A DNA stretch of 64,000 nt from Candidatus Dormiibacterota bacterium (GCA_963754015.1 CAVWEG010000009.1:46083-110082), one strand, 5' to 3'; shown: positions 10,159 to 20,749, numbered from the stretch's first letter. Made by a program: numbers and translations. The notes: generated by a model from the letters alone, not told the origin.

Positions 10159-10778
10159 CAGGCGTTCTTGATGGTGATGCCCTCGATCACGTTGGCAACA
10201 TCCTCGCAGCGATCGAGTGAGTCTTCAAGGAGGGTATAGAAGTCCTTGAGCTTGATGATGGTGACCGCGTCGTACGGCCCGCTGAAAAGATCGCCGATCG
10301 CACGCCGCGACTCAGTGTCACCGACATTCTCGATCCGGTGCACCTCGATACCGTGCTCGGTGATCCCCGACTTCGACTCGAGCTTGGCGACGGCCGCCTG
10401 TACCTGGGCAACGGCTTCGACGAGGAGCGACGCCATGGATTTCGCAGCGGGAGATATGTCGGTAATTCCGTACAGGATGATTGTTTCGGCGATCTCGTCG
10501 ATGTAGTCGAGCACATCGTCGAGGCCGGCGCCTAACGCGTAGATATCCTCACGTTCAAAGGGCGTGATAAAGGTGCGGTTCAGCGTCTGAATGATTTCGT
10601 GAGTCAGCTCGTCTCCCGCGTGCTCGAGGTCCTTGATCTGACCTGCGTGTGCGGGCATGTTCGCGATGTCGTCGTCGAAGGCTGCGCGCAGCACCCGGGA
10701 CGCCGCTACAACGTTGCCGGCCTGGCGATCGAATAGGTCGTAGAATCGGCGCTCGCGGCGGAGCAAATGTATGGGCAT
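10158..10778 (-). CDS. DUF47 (PhoU-like) Pit accessory protein
   Basis: LEHAGD, TFITPFEREDI and DRCEDVAN motifs; coupled to pit. Confidence 0.92.
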   Translation of the reverse strand: MPIHLLRRERRFYDLFDRQAGNVVAASRVLRAAFDDDIANMPAHAGQIKDLEHAGDELTHEIIQTLNRTFITPFEREDIYALGAGLDDVLDYIDEIAETIILYGITDISPAAKSMASLLVEAVAQVQAAVAKLESKSGITEHGIEVHRIENVGDTESRRAIGDLFSGPYDAVTIIKLKDFYTLLEDSLDRCEDVANVIEGITIKNA

Positions 10779-10981
10779 CGAGCGGAGATCCTAGCCGCAA
10801 AGATCGCCCGCCGGTACTAATCGTCAGGCGGATCGGCTAGGGCCTCTGAACGTTGGTTGGGACGTGCAGATGCCGCGGCGACTGCCGTCGCCGGTCACTG
10901 TCTGGCAAATGTCGTTAGGGCTGCGGTTCGAGTTGTTCCCGCCGACGACTTGTATCGCCATTTCAGGGGGCGAGAGGATGA

Positions 10982-11839
10982 CTAGGATGACTGGCTGGAT
11001 ACCGTGTAGGAAGTCCAATCCTCCTCGCTCGGTTCGCGCTGCTCCACACGGAGGGTCAACGAAAGCTCGCCCGGGCGGAATGCGGCAAGCACGAGGAGTA
11101 GTCCCTGCCAATTTCCATCACCCGGAAGTTGCCACGAACTCCAGCCCACCGTCTCGTCCACACTGCCGCCGATGCGTCTCCAGCCTGCCTGCGCAAGCTG
11201 GTCCGCGTAATGCGTTTCTGCCTTGCTAACGGACCAATCAGTCTGGAGAGTTCAACTCGGACGTCCAGTGCCCGCTTCCACCTCCGCCGTGTTGGCCACG
11301 AAGGCGAGTGTCGGCCGGCGCCCTGAGCGGTGGCAATCGCTCCGCGCCGTCGGGAGGCATGTGCCGCGCACGCGAGAGATAAGGACGGGCATCCCAGTCG
11401 AACTCGCAGACGCACATCGGTCGATGCTCCTTCGCGAGCAACCCAATGGATCGCGAGGAGGGGCCCCTGATCCCCTCGGCGAAATTGTCTGCTCTCACCT
11501 AAGTCGCTCGAGACGAAGCCTCCATGCATTGGACCGATCGAGTTCGAGGACTGCCCAACCGCTCGCGTTCAAAGCACTTTGGAAGGGCGCCACCAACTCG
11601 GCAAACGAGCTCGGCGCGTCGATGACGGCCTCGATCCGACCTGGCCGACCACGGTGCGAATAGAGTGCGCTTCCGAGGACGCGCCAATCGGATGGTATCG
11701 GTATGTCGGCCGCGATTGATTCGGGGAGTTGGTGCACGAAGAGAGCGACACTCGTCGGGCCGTCGGGATGCGGATACTCCAGCAGGCGCATGCACAACGC
11801 CTCCATGTCATGGCCGTCCGACGTCGTATCACTCGCCAC
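10982..11839 (-). pseudogene. Hypothetical protein of about 284 aa broken by three +1 frameshifts (pseudogene or assembly error)
   Basis: A continuous protein-like reading (..ASGWAVL/ ..MHGGFVSS..DVRLR/ DWDARP..WTSEL/ TLQTDW..HYADQLAQAGW..SSQSS*) is restored by deleting one base each near 11543, 11402 and 11251; 858-3=855 nt. Confidence 0.7.
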
Positions 11840-11973
11840 CTGTCACCTCCTTGAGTGCCGAACTCTAACGCGTGCAGAGATGAGTTGCTTTTGATACACA
11901 GTCGATTGTCGACAAACGTCGTTAAGTGGCACGTCGACAACTTGCATGCCCCACGATGGTGTACAGCATCAGA

Positions 11974-12435
11974 TCAGATGGATAAGGTCACGCTCCAGGA
12001 GTACGTCTTCCCGGTTGAGACATCGGTGTAGGCGCCGGACAACGTTGACCCAGACAGGGTCCCCGTGAGGACCACGCCGCTGGCTGACGTAAGAGTGATC
12101 GTGCTACCTATCAGATCGCCCTTGACGTGGAGGAGTTTGTCGGCCGGTGGCGACAGGATGAACGTCCCGGCGAACCCGTTACCGTCCTTCGTCAAGGTGA
12201 GAGTGCAGGAGCCGCTGGACGTGCCGAAATACAATCCCAGCCACGTTCCGCTCAGATCGGGCGAGGCTTCGACCGCGGTCGACGTCGGCGGGGGAATGAG
12301 CGTCGGGTCCGTCGCAGGTGCGGTGGCTCGTGGCAACGGCGGTGCGCGGCCAATTGCTCCGGTGGCAACGAGCGACGCCAGGCCTACCAAGAGCACAACC
12401 ACACCGAGCGAGAGCAGGGTTCCCTTCCGACTCAT
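11974..12435 (-). CDS. Secreted or membrane-anchored protein with a Pro/Thr linker and beta-rich domain
   Basis: N-terminal hydrophobic signal, PT-rich linker, DLSGTWxG. Confidence 0.65.
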   Translation of the reverse strand: MSRKGTLLSLGVVVLLVGLASLVATGAIGRAPPLPRATAPATDPTLIPPPTSTAVEASPDLSGTWLGLYFGTSSGSCTLTLTKDGNGFAGTFILSPPADKLLHVKGDLIGSTITLTSASGVVLTGTLSGSTLSGAYTDVSTGKTYSWSVTLSI

Positions 12436-12523
12436 ACCCCACTGATTATCTACGGCGCTGAGGCCTCGTCCTGCGTCTCACAGCTCCGCGGCGAGTCACT
12501 CCCTGCCCAGTCCTCCGGACCGG

Positions 12524-13255
12524 CTATGACACCGGCGGCGGTGGCAGTCCGAGGTCGCTGCGGAGAACAGCAAAGTCGCTCCGGTCTGCCAGATACACCG
12601 CCTCCGCTGCACTCATGTCAGCGCCTGCTGCCCCATTCTTCACCTGTGATGCACGGTATGCAGCAGCCAGGTCGTCTGTGTATTGCTGGTTGTCGAGGAC
12701 GACTGCGTCGATGTCGGCGGCGAGCGCAGGCACCTCGTGCCGAATCATCTGCAGCACCACCTGCATCGCCTCGGTGTCGTTGTCAATCGAAGGGATCACA
12801 GCGATGGAGTCCGCACGGACCTCGAACTCTCCCGGCGAGCATGTGCACGGCAAGGATGCGTCGGCTTCGAGCGCGGCGTCGAGACGGTCTCCGTCCGCAT
12901 TCACGGGGGCCACAGCAGCCAGATACTGCTGCCCAGCTTCGGCAAGAGCTGCGGACACTGGAGTGGCTGAGGGGCTCGTGGAAGTCGGCGCGCTGGCAGA
13001 GGTCGTCGGGCTCACAACGTGCTTCCCCGCCGAGCTCAAAGCCGCGCCGGGCGCATGCCATCCGACGAGAGCGACGATCACCACCGCTGCGACGGCGAGG
13101 AACGTGCTAGCGCCGAGAATCCAGCGCGCCGCGTGGGATGGATTCGAAGCCTCCGAAGACGTCGGGTCCAACCATGCGGGCGGCGCAGGAGGCGGGTCAT
13201 CCAGAGGCGGCAACAGTGGCGGCCAGCCGTCGAGCGGGGGCGGCTGTGGATCCAT
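12524..13255 (-). CDS. Membrane-anchored hypothetical protein
   Basis: Pro-rich N-terminus, one TM helix, S/T linker, helical C-terminal domain. Confidence 0.6.
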   Translation of the reverse strand: MDPQPPPLDGWPPLLPPLDDPPPAPPAWLDPTSSEASNPSHAARWILGASTFLAVAAVVIVALVGWHAPGAALSSAGKHVVSPTTSASAPTSTSPSATPVSAALAEAGQQYLAAVAPVNADGDRLDAALEADASLPCTCSPGEFEVRADSIAVIPSIDNDTEAMQVVLQMIRHEVPALAADIDAVVLDNQQYTDDLAAAYRASQVKNGAAGADMSAAEAVYLADRSDFAVLRSDLGLPPPPVS

Positions 13256-13558
13256 CCTGGGGCCGACGCTATCACCGACCTCACGCGATCCGAGATCCCG
13301 GTGACGGATCGTTGCATGTCAGGGACGGCACCTTGAATTGGAGCTCTCGCATCAGCGCACATGCGCATGTTGTGACGATCGCGCTACCCCACGGACGCCG
13401 AGAACGATGAGCTGTATGACTGTTCCTTGCCGATGGCGACGGTTGCGCCAGCGATAGCGGAACGAGGCGTGCATGTCGGAGACAGGTAGTTCGCTCCATG
13501 CGGCGGTTGTAGCGTCAGGACGCGTAACGCGCTTCGTCGCGAATGGTGCGTTGAGGCC

Positions 13559-14125
13559 GTGACCGTCAGCATTCCTGACAGCTCCGCTGAGACCGATAGC
13601 GCGGGTTTGCGCGGGCGACCGCGGGCCCTGATCGGAGCCGGCCGGCAAGCGCCAGCTGGCCTCTTGATCGTGTGCGGCGCCTTGCTCATGGTTGCGGCGA
13701 TCGCCCTGCCTTGGGGAACGAACGGCGGAGCCGTGGTATCCGGGCTGTCGGCTGATCTCAGCACGTACTCGGCAGCGATTGTCATCCTCGCGATCGCGTC
13801 CGTGGTTCTCGCAGTCATGGCGTTCCGAGGAGACGCTGTCAGCGTGCTAGGCCGCTCCCTCGGAGTGGTGGCGACGCTTTTCTGTGGATTCCTATGCCTG
13901 TTGCTCCCCGCAGGGATTGACGTAGCCAGCAAATTTCAGGAAGAAGCGCCGACGGTCTCGAGCGGGATGGTCGGTTTCGGTGTGGGCACATGGTTGATCG
14001 CGGTTGGGGTCGTCGCGATCGCTCTGGGAACGATGCTGTGCTGCCCGCGCAGTCGTCGTATGCGGCTGGCTTTGCTCGTCATTCCCGCGCTCTTCGCTGT
14101 GCTCTTTGCGGTTGAGTTGCAGTAA
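13559..14125 (+). CDS. Integral membrane protein
   Basis: About 5 TM helices with LPW and GVGxW motifs. Confidence 0.6.
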   Translation: MTVSIPDSSAETDSAGLRGRPRALIGAGRQAPAGLLIVCGALLMVAAIALPWGTNGGAVVSGLSADLSTYSAAIVILAIASVVLAVMAFRGDAVSVLGRSLGVVATLFCGFLCLLLPAGIDVASKFQEEAPTVSSGMVGFGVGTWLIAVGVVAIALGTMLCCPRSRRMRLALLVIPALFAVLFAVELQ

Positions 14126-14165
14126 TCGCACGCCCGGGTCCGAGACCGTTCACGATTGACTCGAC

Positions 14166-14888
14166 GTGATAGGTGCAGCCCTCGACCTCATTACGGCTGA
14201 CGAACTCATGCTGCTGGCGATCGAGCCCAAGACAGGTCGGGTTGCAGCTCGTCCGCCGCACAGCCTGCCACTCGCGCTCGCCGGCGCGATGCTCACGGAC
14301 CTGATCCACGATCAACACATCACCGTTGTCGATGACAAGGTTGTCGCGGGCGTCGACACCGGAGAACCCTGGCGCGATGCGATCATTGCGCGGATCCGTC
14401 GCATGCCGATTCCTCAGGGTATCGGCTACTGGGTCGTTTCGGTCGGCGCTCCGCAATTCCGCGCGCAAGACCGCGTGACGTGGCGGCTCATCGAGCGTGG
14501 CTTGGTCAGCATCGATGTTCGACCTGTGCTCGGCGGCATGTTTTCATCGATGCATTACGTTGTTGCGCAGCCGGAGGTTCGCGACGCTATTCGAAGTCGA
14601 GTCGCCGCGGCGATGGCAACTGACGAATCCGTCGACACTCAAACTGCGGCATTGATTGCGATGGCGGCCGCCTGCGGAATACTCCATCGGTTCGTTGCGA
14701 GAGGACAGCGAGTGGTTGCACGGCGACGACTATTGGCGATACTCCGGGCCGACGAGTTCGCGACCGGCGAAGCGGTAGCCGCGGCACAATTCGTGTCCGC
14801 AGCCACATTCGAGGTGTACTCGGCTGTGTGCGCCGGCGGCCACGCCGGTGGTGGAGGGGGCCACGGGGGCGGTCACGGCGGTCACTAG
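14166..14888 (+). CDS. GPP34 (GOLPH3/Vps74-like) family protein
   Basis: ADELMLLA, LAGAMLTDL, RLIERGLV and TAALIAMA motifs; Gly/His tail. Confidence 0.75.
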   Translation: MIGAALDLITADELMLLAIEPKTGRVAARPPHSLPLALAGAMLTDLIHDQHITVVDDKVVAGVDTGEPWRDAIIARIRRMPIPQGIGYWVVSVGAPQFRAQDRVTWRLIERGLVSIDVRPVLGGMFSSMHYVVAQPEVRDAIRSRVAAAMATDESVDTQTAALIAMAAACGILHRFVARGQRVVARRRLLAILRADEFATGEAVAAAQFVSAATFEVYSAVCAGGHAGGGGGHGGGHGGH

Positions 14889-14985
14889 CGGGAGGTCACG
14901 AGCCGGCAGCTGCTCACCCGCGCCGACCATTACCGAAATCGGCTGCATGCCGCCATTCGGAGACTGCGACGAGCCTCGACGCCTC

Positions 14986-15345
14986 TCAGCCGCGGGCGCG
15001 GAGCCGTTCGGCCATCACCGACATCACGTCAATGGCGAACGTTGGCGTCTCCTGGACGAGGAACAGGAAGCGATGGCGGTCAATCGATGCCAGGGTAATC
15101 TCTGTAACGGCGACCGCCGTCAGGCTGCGCGGGGAGTGATCGATCAACGCCATCTCACCGAAGACATCGTCGGGGCCCAGCCGGCCGAGCACGCCGCCTT
15201 TCGTGCTGAGTTCGACTTCGCCGTCGATGATGCCGAACATCTCGGTTCCCGCGTCGCCCTCGTTGAAGATGACGGTTCCGGCGTCGACCTTCTTGGTCTC
15301 TTTCGCATTGCGGAACAGTCCCGCGACGGTGGGCTTCTTTTCCAT
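14986..15345 (-). CDS. Stand-alone cyclic nucleotide-binding domain protein
   Basis: IFNEGD and FGEMALIDHSPRSLTA phosphate-binding cassette; no HTH. Confidence 0.9.
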   Translation of the reverse strand: MEKKPTVAGLFRNAKETKKVDAGTVIFNEGDAGTEMFGIIDGEVELSTKGGVLGRLGPDDVFGEMALIDHSPRSLTAVAVTEITLASIDRHRFLFLVQETPTFAIDVMSVMAERLRARG

Positions 15346-15469
15346 CCGGTACTACTCCCCAATGGCAGGAAACGCTGCCCCCGAATGGTAGATGGTGAAC
15401 GGACGGGCCTGGCGCAGAAAAGTGAACAACAGGTTAAGGGCCCGGACCATGGAGTGAGGAGCGCGAACG

Positions 15470-16174
15470 TTAGTCCGGGAAGGGTCCTGAATTTGTGGGA
15501 TCAGGGCGCAACGTCAATCGACTGACGACCGTACGGACGTCAGCTGCGAGACTTGCGGCGCTGCCACGCCAAAGGAACCCGATGTCGAACACGCCCCCTG
15601 TGGGCCCATCGTCAACGACGTATGTGGCGTTGTGATCCGCGCCGGTACCCAGGAAGCCGTTGCCTGTTTGCACCGCCGCTCGATGACCATCGATTGTGGT
15701 GGGCGTCCCTTGCGAAAGCAGTTGCGCTGGAAGCCCCGGGCCGGGGCCGTACCCTTCGACGCCGAACGTGACGAGCATGCCGCCCATCGGCATCGTGCCG
15801 ACCATTTTCGCCCACGTACATTCGAAGCTCGAGCTTGAGGGGTGCCAGCAGGGCTGCCTGAGGGGAAAATTCGCTAGGTAGCCAAACGTTGCGGCGTAGT
15901 GAATGCTCAGCGGCTGCAACTGGCTCGTCCACGTGACCGGATGATCGATGGTCGCGACCAAACCAGCTCCGTGGAAACGCTCTGTGACCCATTGGGCGCC
16001 TGGCGAGGCAGACGGCGTCGTCGAGGAGAGGGTCGCAGCCGACGCGCCGGCGCAGCTGCTGAGGGCGACACCGACAGTGCAGAGGGCGAGCATTTTCACG
16101 CCCATGGAACCCATCACTGGCGGTCCCTTCTTCGCCGCAACCTCGGATCTCGATCGTGGAGCATCGTCGCTCAC
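15470..16174 (-). CDS. Putative lipoprotein (true start may be about 16105)
   Basis: Lipobox VALSSC followed by an S/T/P linker. Confidence 0.6.
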   Translation of the reverse strand: MSDDAPRSRSEVAAKKGPPVMGSMGVKMLALCTVGVALSSCAGASAATLSSTTPSASPGAQWVTERFHGAGLVATIDHPVTWTSQLQPLSIHYAATFGYLANFPLRQPCWHPSSSSFECTWAKMVGTMPMGGMLVTFGVEGYGPGPGLPAQLLSQGTPTTIDGHRAAVQTGNGFLGTGADHNATYVVDDGPTGGVFDIGFLWRGSAASLAADVRTVVSRLTLRPDPTNSGPFPD

Positions 16175-16267
16175 GCATACGCCGGATTAGTGGAAAGGTT
16201 CCCAGCCGTCAATCGCCCTGTTCCGCCAGCCCCGGCGCATAGTGCATCGATACCGATGGGAAGGTGC

Positions 16268-16876
16268 ATGAGCAGGACATTCGCGTTAGCCGTCGTGCTC
16301 TTCGCTGTGTCCGCATGCGGCTCGACGAGCGCCGGCGCGACACATCCAGCGACCCCCACGCCGTCTGCGTCGATGTCAGGACCACCGGATCAAGCGCCGT
16401 CTTCCGCAGCGTGTTCAGCGACGGCGCCGGTTCCAGGTTGCACGATGCTCGGTGATCCCTTCGGAGTGCCCGCGACGTGTCACGTGACATCGGGTGTCCT
16501 GCTTGACGCGCACTCGAACAAGACCAAGCTGTCGTCGTTCGGGTTTGGAGCTGGCCCGGTCTACCTCTCCGGACAGAACTCCTGGTACGCGTCAGGCGAA
16601 GAGGCCGAGTTCCTGATCGACCCGGCAGATACCGGCGCGGTGCACATCACCGGCCAACCAACCGCGTCTGGCGCGTCTGCGCCCGTCTTCACCGGGCCGG
16701 AGGCCAACGGCTCCGTCATCGACGTGCCGTCAGGCAGCGATGCACCGTTCTGGCGTTACTGGGATGGGCAGATGTCCTTCACGCAGCCGGGGTGCTACGT
16801 CCTGAACGTTCAGACCGCAGCGGCGAACGAGGCCGTGACCATCTATGTGCACGCGGGGAGTGCTCCTCCCGGCTAG
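16268..16876 (+). CDS. Putative lipoprotein
   Basis: MSRTFALAVVLFAVSAC signal; C-terminal FTQPGCY motif. Confidence 0.65.
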   Translation: MSRTFALAVVLFAVSACGSTSAGATHPATPTPSASMSGPPDQAPSSAACSATAPVPGCTMLGDPFGVPATCHVTSGVLLDAHSNKTKLSSFGFGAGPVYLSGQNSWYASGEEAEFLIDPADTGAVHITGQPTASGASAPVFTGPEANGSVIDVPSGSDAPFWRYWDGQMSFTQPGCYVLNVQTAAANEAVTIYVHAGSAPPG

Positions 16877-18405
16877 CGTCCCGACGTTGCAAAGGCCTGG
16901 ACTTCGTCGGTCTCTTCGAACTGTGGCGACACGAGCACGAATCCGTCAGCGGCAAGCAAGACGGCTGGGGGTATCCCCAGCGAGACAGCGTGATCACTCT
17001 GCACGTTGAACAACGGAAGCGGGATCGTCGCCATCGTTTTCCCTGTCGTCATGCTGAGCGCGGTGACCTGGAAGGCGCCGGCAGGGGTGGAGGGGTCTGG
17101 CCCAGCCGGATAGACGGGCGCCGCAGCAGTCGCGAGCGCAAGGTAGAGCAGGCCGTTGGCAGTGGCCGCACACGGCGGCCCGTCCCCCGATTCGTCGACG
17201 CACCCGAGCGGCGGAGTTGCAGGACTTGTCGCGTCCCTTCCCGGCCAGGACATCGACCAGCGAGGCGCGCCACTGCGTGGATTCCGGCAGTCGGCGCCCC
17301 CGTCGGTGAGGATGCAGAGTGTTCCAGAGCCGCCGGCGGTCAGCAGTTCTCCGGCAACATTCGTCAGATCCCACAACGTCCGGCCCGTTCCCGCATCGAG
17401 CATTGCGATATCGGCGGTCTGCGAGTAGCCGTTCGTGTTCGGAATTTGCGTCGGCGTCACCGGATCGGGTGGCGGCGCAACGTTCTTGGGAGCGTTCGCC
17501 GGCGGAATGAGGCTGATTGCAGCCGCGATCACGTCACCTCCCGGATCGCCGGTGTGTACGGTCTTGGCCTCCTGCATATCGACTTCCCAGCCTTTTGGGA
17601 CCGACCACACCCATCGAACGTGACCATCTGACGCATCGATTGCAGCGACGCCGCCACCGTCGGGACACGCGTAGCCGACCACCGCGCTTAGATCACCGTC
17701 TTGCGTCGTCGTTCCGAGCATCGTCGCGTTTGGCTCTGTTCCATCCTGGGTGTTGCTCGAGCCACAGCCTTTTGCGGCAGGGATGTGCCACAACTGATGA
17801 CCATCACGCTCGCTCAGCCCGACCACCGACCCGTCTGCTTCGGAAACGACCACGACAGATCCCGCGAACACACTCGGCATCCGCTGGCTGTCACCCGGCA
17901 TGACGACATCCCATTTCGGATGTCCCGTGGTCGGGTCGTAGGCGACGAGCTGGTTGATGACGGGCGCCTCTATGCCGCCGGTCCGCGGCGGCTCCGCGCC
18001 TGTCGCTGCAAGGACAATCGACGCGTCGGCGATGACGTCGAACAGCTCGGGATGGTCCGCCGGCGGAGTGACGCTCCAGTCGACATCACCGGTCGCAACC
18101 TCGGTCGCGAAGATGCACCGCCCTTCCGCCCCAGGGCCGTATGCCGTGCCGCCAACCACGATCGCGGGACGTCCGTCATCGGCGGACCAGAGTGGCGGCG
18201 ATCCATGCGAGGCGCGCGATGGCGTCGGCGACGCCACAGCTGGAGTTGTTGCTAGCGGCCGCGAGCATGACGTTGCTGTCAGTACGGATGCCGATGTCAG
18301 GGCACTCCCGCATCCGGCAATGACGACCGTGGCAGTAGCTGTGAGACTTGCGGCGATGGCGTGACGCCGATTCACGAGGAGCGTTGCGACACGAGTGTCA
18401 CGCAC
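16873..18405 (-). CDS. PQQ-like beta-propeller repeat lipoprotein
   Basis: VIAGC lipobox; repeated A.D..TG...W motifs. Confidence 0.75.
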   Translation of the reverse strand: MRDTRVATLLVNRRHAIAASLTATATVVIAGCGSALTSASVLTATSCSRPLATTPAVASPTPSRASHGSPPLWSADDGRPAIVVGGTAYGPGAEGRCIFATEVATGDVDWSVTPPADHPELFDVIADASIVLAATGAEPPRTGGIEAPVINQLVAYDPTTGHPKWDVVMPGDSQRMPSVFAGSVVVVSEADGSVVGLSERDGHQLWHIPAAKGCGSSNTQDGTEPNATMLGTTTQDGDLSAVVGYACPDGGGVAAIDASDGHVRWVWSVPKGWEVDMQEAKTVHTGDPGGDVIAAAISLIPPANAPKNVAPPPDPVTPTQIPNTNGYSQTADIAMLDAGTGRTLWDLTNVAGELLTAGGSGTLCILTDGGADCRNPRSGAPRWSMSWPGRDATSPATPPLGCVDESGDGPPCAATANGLLYLALATAAAPVYPAGPDPSTPAGAFQVTALSMTTGKTMATIPLPLFNVQSDHAVSLGIPPAVLLAADGFVLVSPQFEETDEVQAFATSGR

Positions 18406-18859
18406 ACCGATTCGGAATGTTCTGACTCGTGGTCGTTGCGGCAGTCACGGTCACCTGCACCCACGGCGAGATGGAGGCCGGTGTGTTGTAGTGACCAACC
18501 AGCACGTACTGTCCAGCCGGAAGGCTGAATTGGAACCGCGCTCCGGGGCCAACGGTTTGCGTCGCGGCAATGGTCGTCGGGAGGGCACCGTCGGGACCTT
18601 CCGTGCCCCGCAGGACGACGATGATTCCTGCGGCGAATTGGCTGTCGGACGGGAGGAAGATTCCAGAGCACGGCTCGAGCCCACCGACGAGAAGGCCAAA
18701 GCTTGTGGTGTTCGGTGCGCTCGCCGCTGTCGGTGTTGGGGTCTTCGCCGGCGGGGACGGAGAACATCCTGCGAGAACGAGGGTGATCGCGATGGCCGCA
18801 CCGGCGATGCATCCAGCCCACCAGGATTGCGACGTCGGGCTTGTGATCGCATCGGTCAC
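18398..18859 (-). CDS. Putative lipoprotein with a beta-sandwich (carboxypeptidase-regulatory-like) domain
   Basis: LAGC lipobox; FQFSLPAGQY; overlaps the next gene's start. Confidence 0.6.
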   Translation of the reverse strand: MTDAITSPTSQSWWAGCIAGAAIAITLVLAGCSPSPPAKTPTPTAASAPNTTSFGLLVGGLEPCSGIFLPSDSQFAAGIIVVLRGTEGPDGALPTTIAATQTVGPGARFQFSLPAGQYVLVGHYNTPASISPWVQVTVTAATTTSQNIPNRCA

Positions 18860-19034
18860 CTGACTCTAGTGCAGCGTCAACCAAGAACCCGCCCTCGCTT
18901 GCCTAGCGAAGACATTTGACACGCGCTGTCGACAATCGACAAACGACACTGTGATTGACGCGAGACCGGGAGCCCTGTTCGCCTGGCGCTCACCAACGAC
19001 AACCCCGCTCATGGCTCCCTCATCCGCAAGGAGA

Positions 19035-19703
19035 TTACCTAAGGAGGCTCGAAACAAACCCGCCCGTGCACCCTTGATCATGAGTCGCAAGGAGCCACAG
19101 GTAGAGGCCCACAGCAGCAACATTAGTCACAACCATCAGCCAATAGGCGACGGAGCGCCGTTGGTTTCGCAGCGTCTGGCGAATCGCAATCAAGGCCGGT
19201 GCGATACTGGCGATGAGTCCGAGGCCGGCCAATGTCGTGGCGCTTGGAGGCCACGAACAAAAGGTTCCACCGACGGCGATGTCCACGGCCGCTGCGACGA
19301 GGAGTGCCAACGCGGCGACGGCTAAGCAAGCGCCGACGATCGTCCACCGCCCTGTGATCGCGGGGTGATCGGTATCCGTGACTGGTCGCCGAAGACTCTG
19401 CAGCCGCAGAGACAGCACAGCGCAGAAGCCCAGAGTCACGATCCACGCGCTTGCCTGCAACCCGGAATGCAGCGCGCCGGCGGTCAACAGCGTAGTGGCG
19501 AACAGGAGAGCGACAACACCCGCTCCGATAGCGCTCCAGCCGCCGAGCCGGATCTTCTCGATCGATGGGTTCGTTGAGAGGCGGCGAATGCCAATGTATC
19601 GCCCGGTAGCCACCTGGAGGGTACCGGTGACGGCGAACAGGAGAGCGAAGACAATCAGGGCAACAGCGACGAAGGCGCTCACAGCTGCAGTTTTGTCGGC
19701 CAA
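19035..19703 (-). CDS. Integral membrane protein
   Basis: About 6 hydrophobic helices. Confidence 0.55.
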   Translation of the reverse strand: MADKTAAVSAFVAVALIVFALLFAVTGTLQVATGRYIGIRRLSTNPSIEKIRLGGWSAIGAGVVALLFATTLLTAGALHSGLQASAWIVTLGFCAVLSLRLQSLRRPVTDTDHPAITGRWTIVGACLAVAALALLVAAAVDIAVGGTFCSWPPSATTLAGLGLIASIAPALIAIRQTLRNQRRSVAYWLMVVTNVAAVGLYLWLLATHDQGCTGGFVSSLLR

Positions 19704-19803
19704 TCAGCCCCAATCGCGACCGCGACCGCATCGTCATCCGGGTGGAGCAGCGCTGTGCGGGAAGGCTTCTGGTCGACCTCGTCGTCGGGAGTGTCGTCCC
19801 GTT

Positions 19804-20748
19804 TCAACGTACGGTTAGCGGGAACTCCAGAAGGCGCTTCATCCGGACAACCTCGGCTTGGGTATCACCAGCGAGCCACCGGCCGAACAACACTCGGAAC
19901 ACACGGCCACTGACGGGTCCGAAGATGAAGCACTCCGAGTGCGTCACCTGCGTTCCGCCATCCGTCAGTTCGTACGTGAACCAGCCGTGAAATCCTCGCA
20001 AGGGCCAGGGCATGCGGACGCCGCGGAAGTCCAAGCGCGCTGTTGATGTGATCTCATAGTCCAGCGTCGCGGCAGGCGCCGGCAGGCCCAGAAACCTGCC
20101 GCCGTGTCGAACGCGGCCACGGTTGCCGTCGCGAAGCGCGTAGCGGACGCGACCGATCTTGTGGTCCGCCTCCCGATATCGCTCGACATCGAGCACGAAG
20201 GCCATGACGGCTGAGGGGTCGCACCGGATCGTGGCCGTGCCTCTGCCGGTGACGTGGACCGAACCACGTGTCACATCGCGCTGTGGGGCTCGGTGCGCAG
20301 GTGCAATTCCTTCGGCCACGGCGCGAACGTGGGCGTTATGCTCCCGCAGGAGTCGCGTCATGTATCGCTCGAGCACGAGCGCGTCGACGAATCGACCGAG
20401 CGGACCGAACGGCGACGCGAACGAAACGTGGTCGATCATCCGGGTCCCATAGGACGTCTTCTCGAGGATGTGCCGGTGGCGCCAGCGCCCGAATGGTCCT
20501 TGCTGCATCTCGTCGACGAACATGTGCGGGCGTTCGTACTCGACGATCTTCGACGTCATGCGCCAGCGGATGCCAAAGTGTCGCGCGCTCCACGTGACGT
20601 GTTGACCGAGACGCATCCGGCCTGCACGGACACCGCCGACCACGCGCTCGGTCGGTGATGCGGCGAGATGGACCCCGACATCGATCGAGACGTCAAAGCA
20701 GACATCTGGTTCTGCGGCGATGTCGGTGATGAGATCGATGTTCGGCAC
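19804..20748 (-). CDS. Tandem SRPBCC/START-domain protein
   Basis: N-terminal domain VTWSARHFGI..FVDEMQQGPFGRWRHRH; second SRPBCC-like domain (FVLDVERY..THSECF); GTG at 20748. Confidence 0.75.
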   Translation of the reverse strand: MPNIDLITDIAAEPDVCFDVSIDVGVHLAASPTERVVGGVRAGRMRLGQHVTWSARHFGIRWRMTSKIVEYERPHMFVDEMQQGPFGRWRHRHILEKTSYGTRMIDHVSFASPFGPLGRFVDALVLERYMTRLLREHNAHVRAVAEGIAPAHRAPQRDVTRGSVHVTGRGTATIRCDPSAVMAFVLDVERYREADHKIGRVRYALRDGNRGRVRHGGRFLGLPAPAATLDYEITSTARLDFRGVRMPWPLRGFHGWFTYELTDGGTQVTHSECFIFGPVSGRVFRVLFGRWLAGDTQAEVVRMKRLLEFPLTVR

Positions 20749-20749
20749 G

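Noticed and set aside
10790-10842. Imperfect hairpin (CCTAGCC..GGCTAGG) as an integron attC site
   Set aside because: No RYYYAAC/GTTRRRY ends, not repeated between other genes, and it overlaps the likely DUF47 promoter; the recombinase shows no obvious IntI-specific insertion
13281-13558. Short minus-strand ORFs in the 300-bp gap
   Set aside because: No recognisable motif or convincing start signal; possibly a gene remnant but unsupported
18013-18022. Additional GACAATCGAC copy
   Set aside because: Lies within the PQQ-repeat CDS and lacks the flanking GTN and extra heptads; it shows the 10-mer can arise by chance
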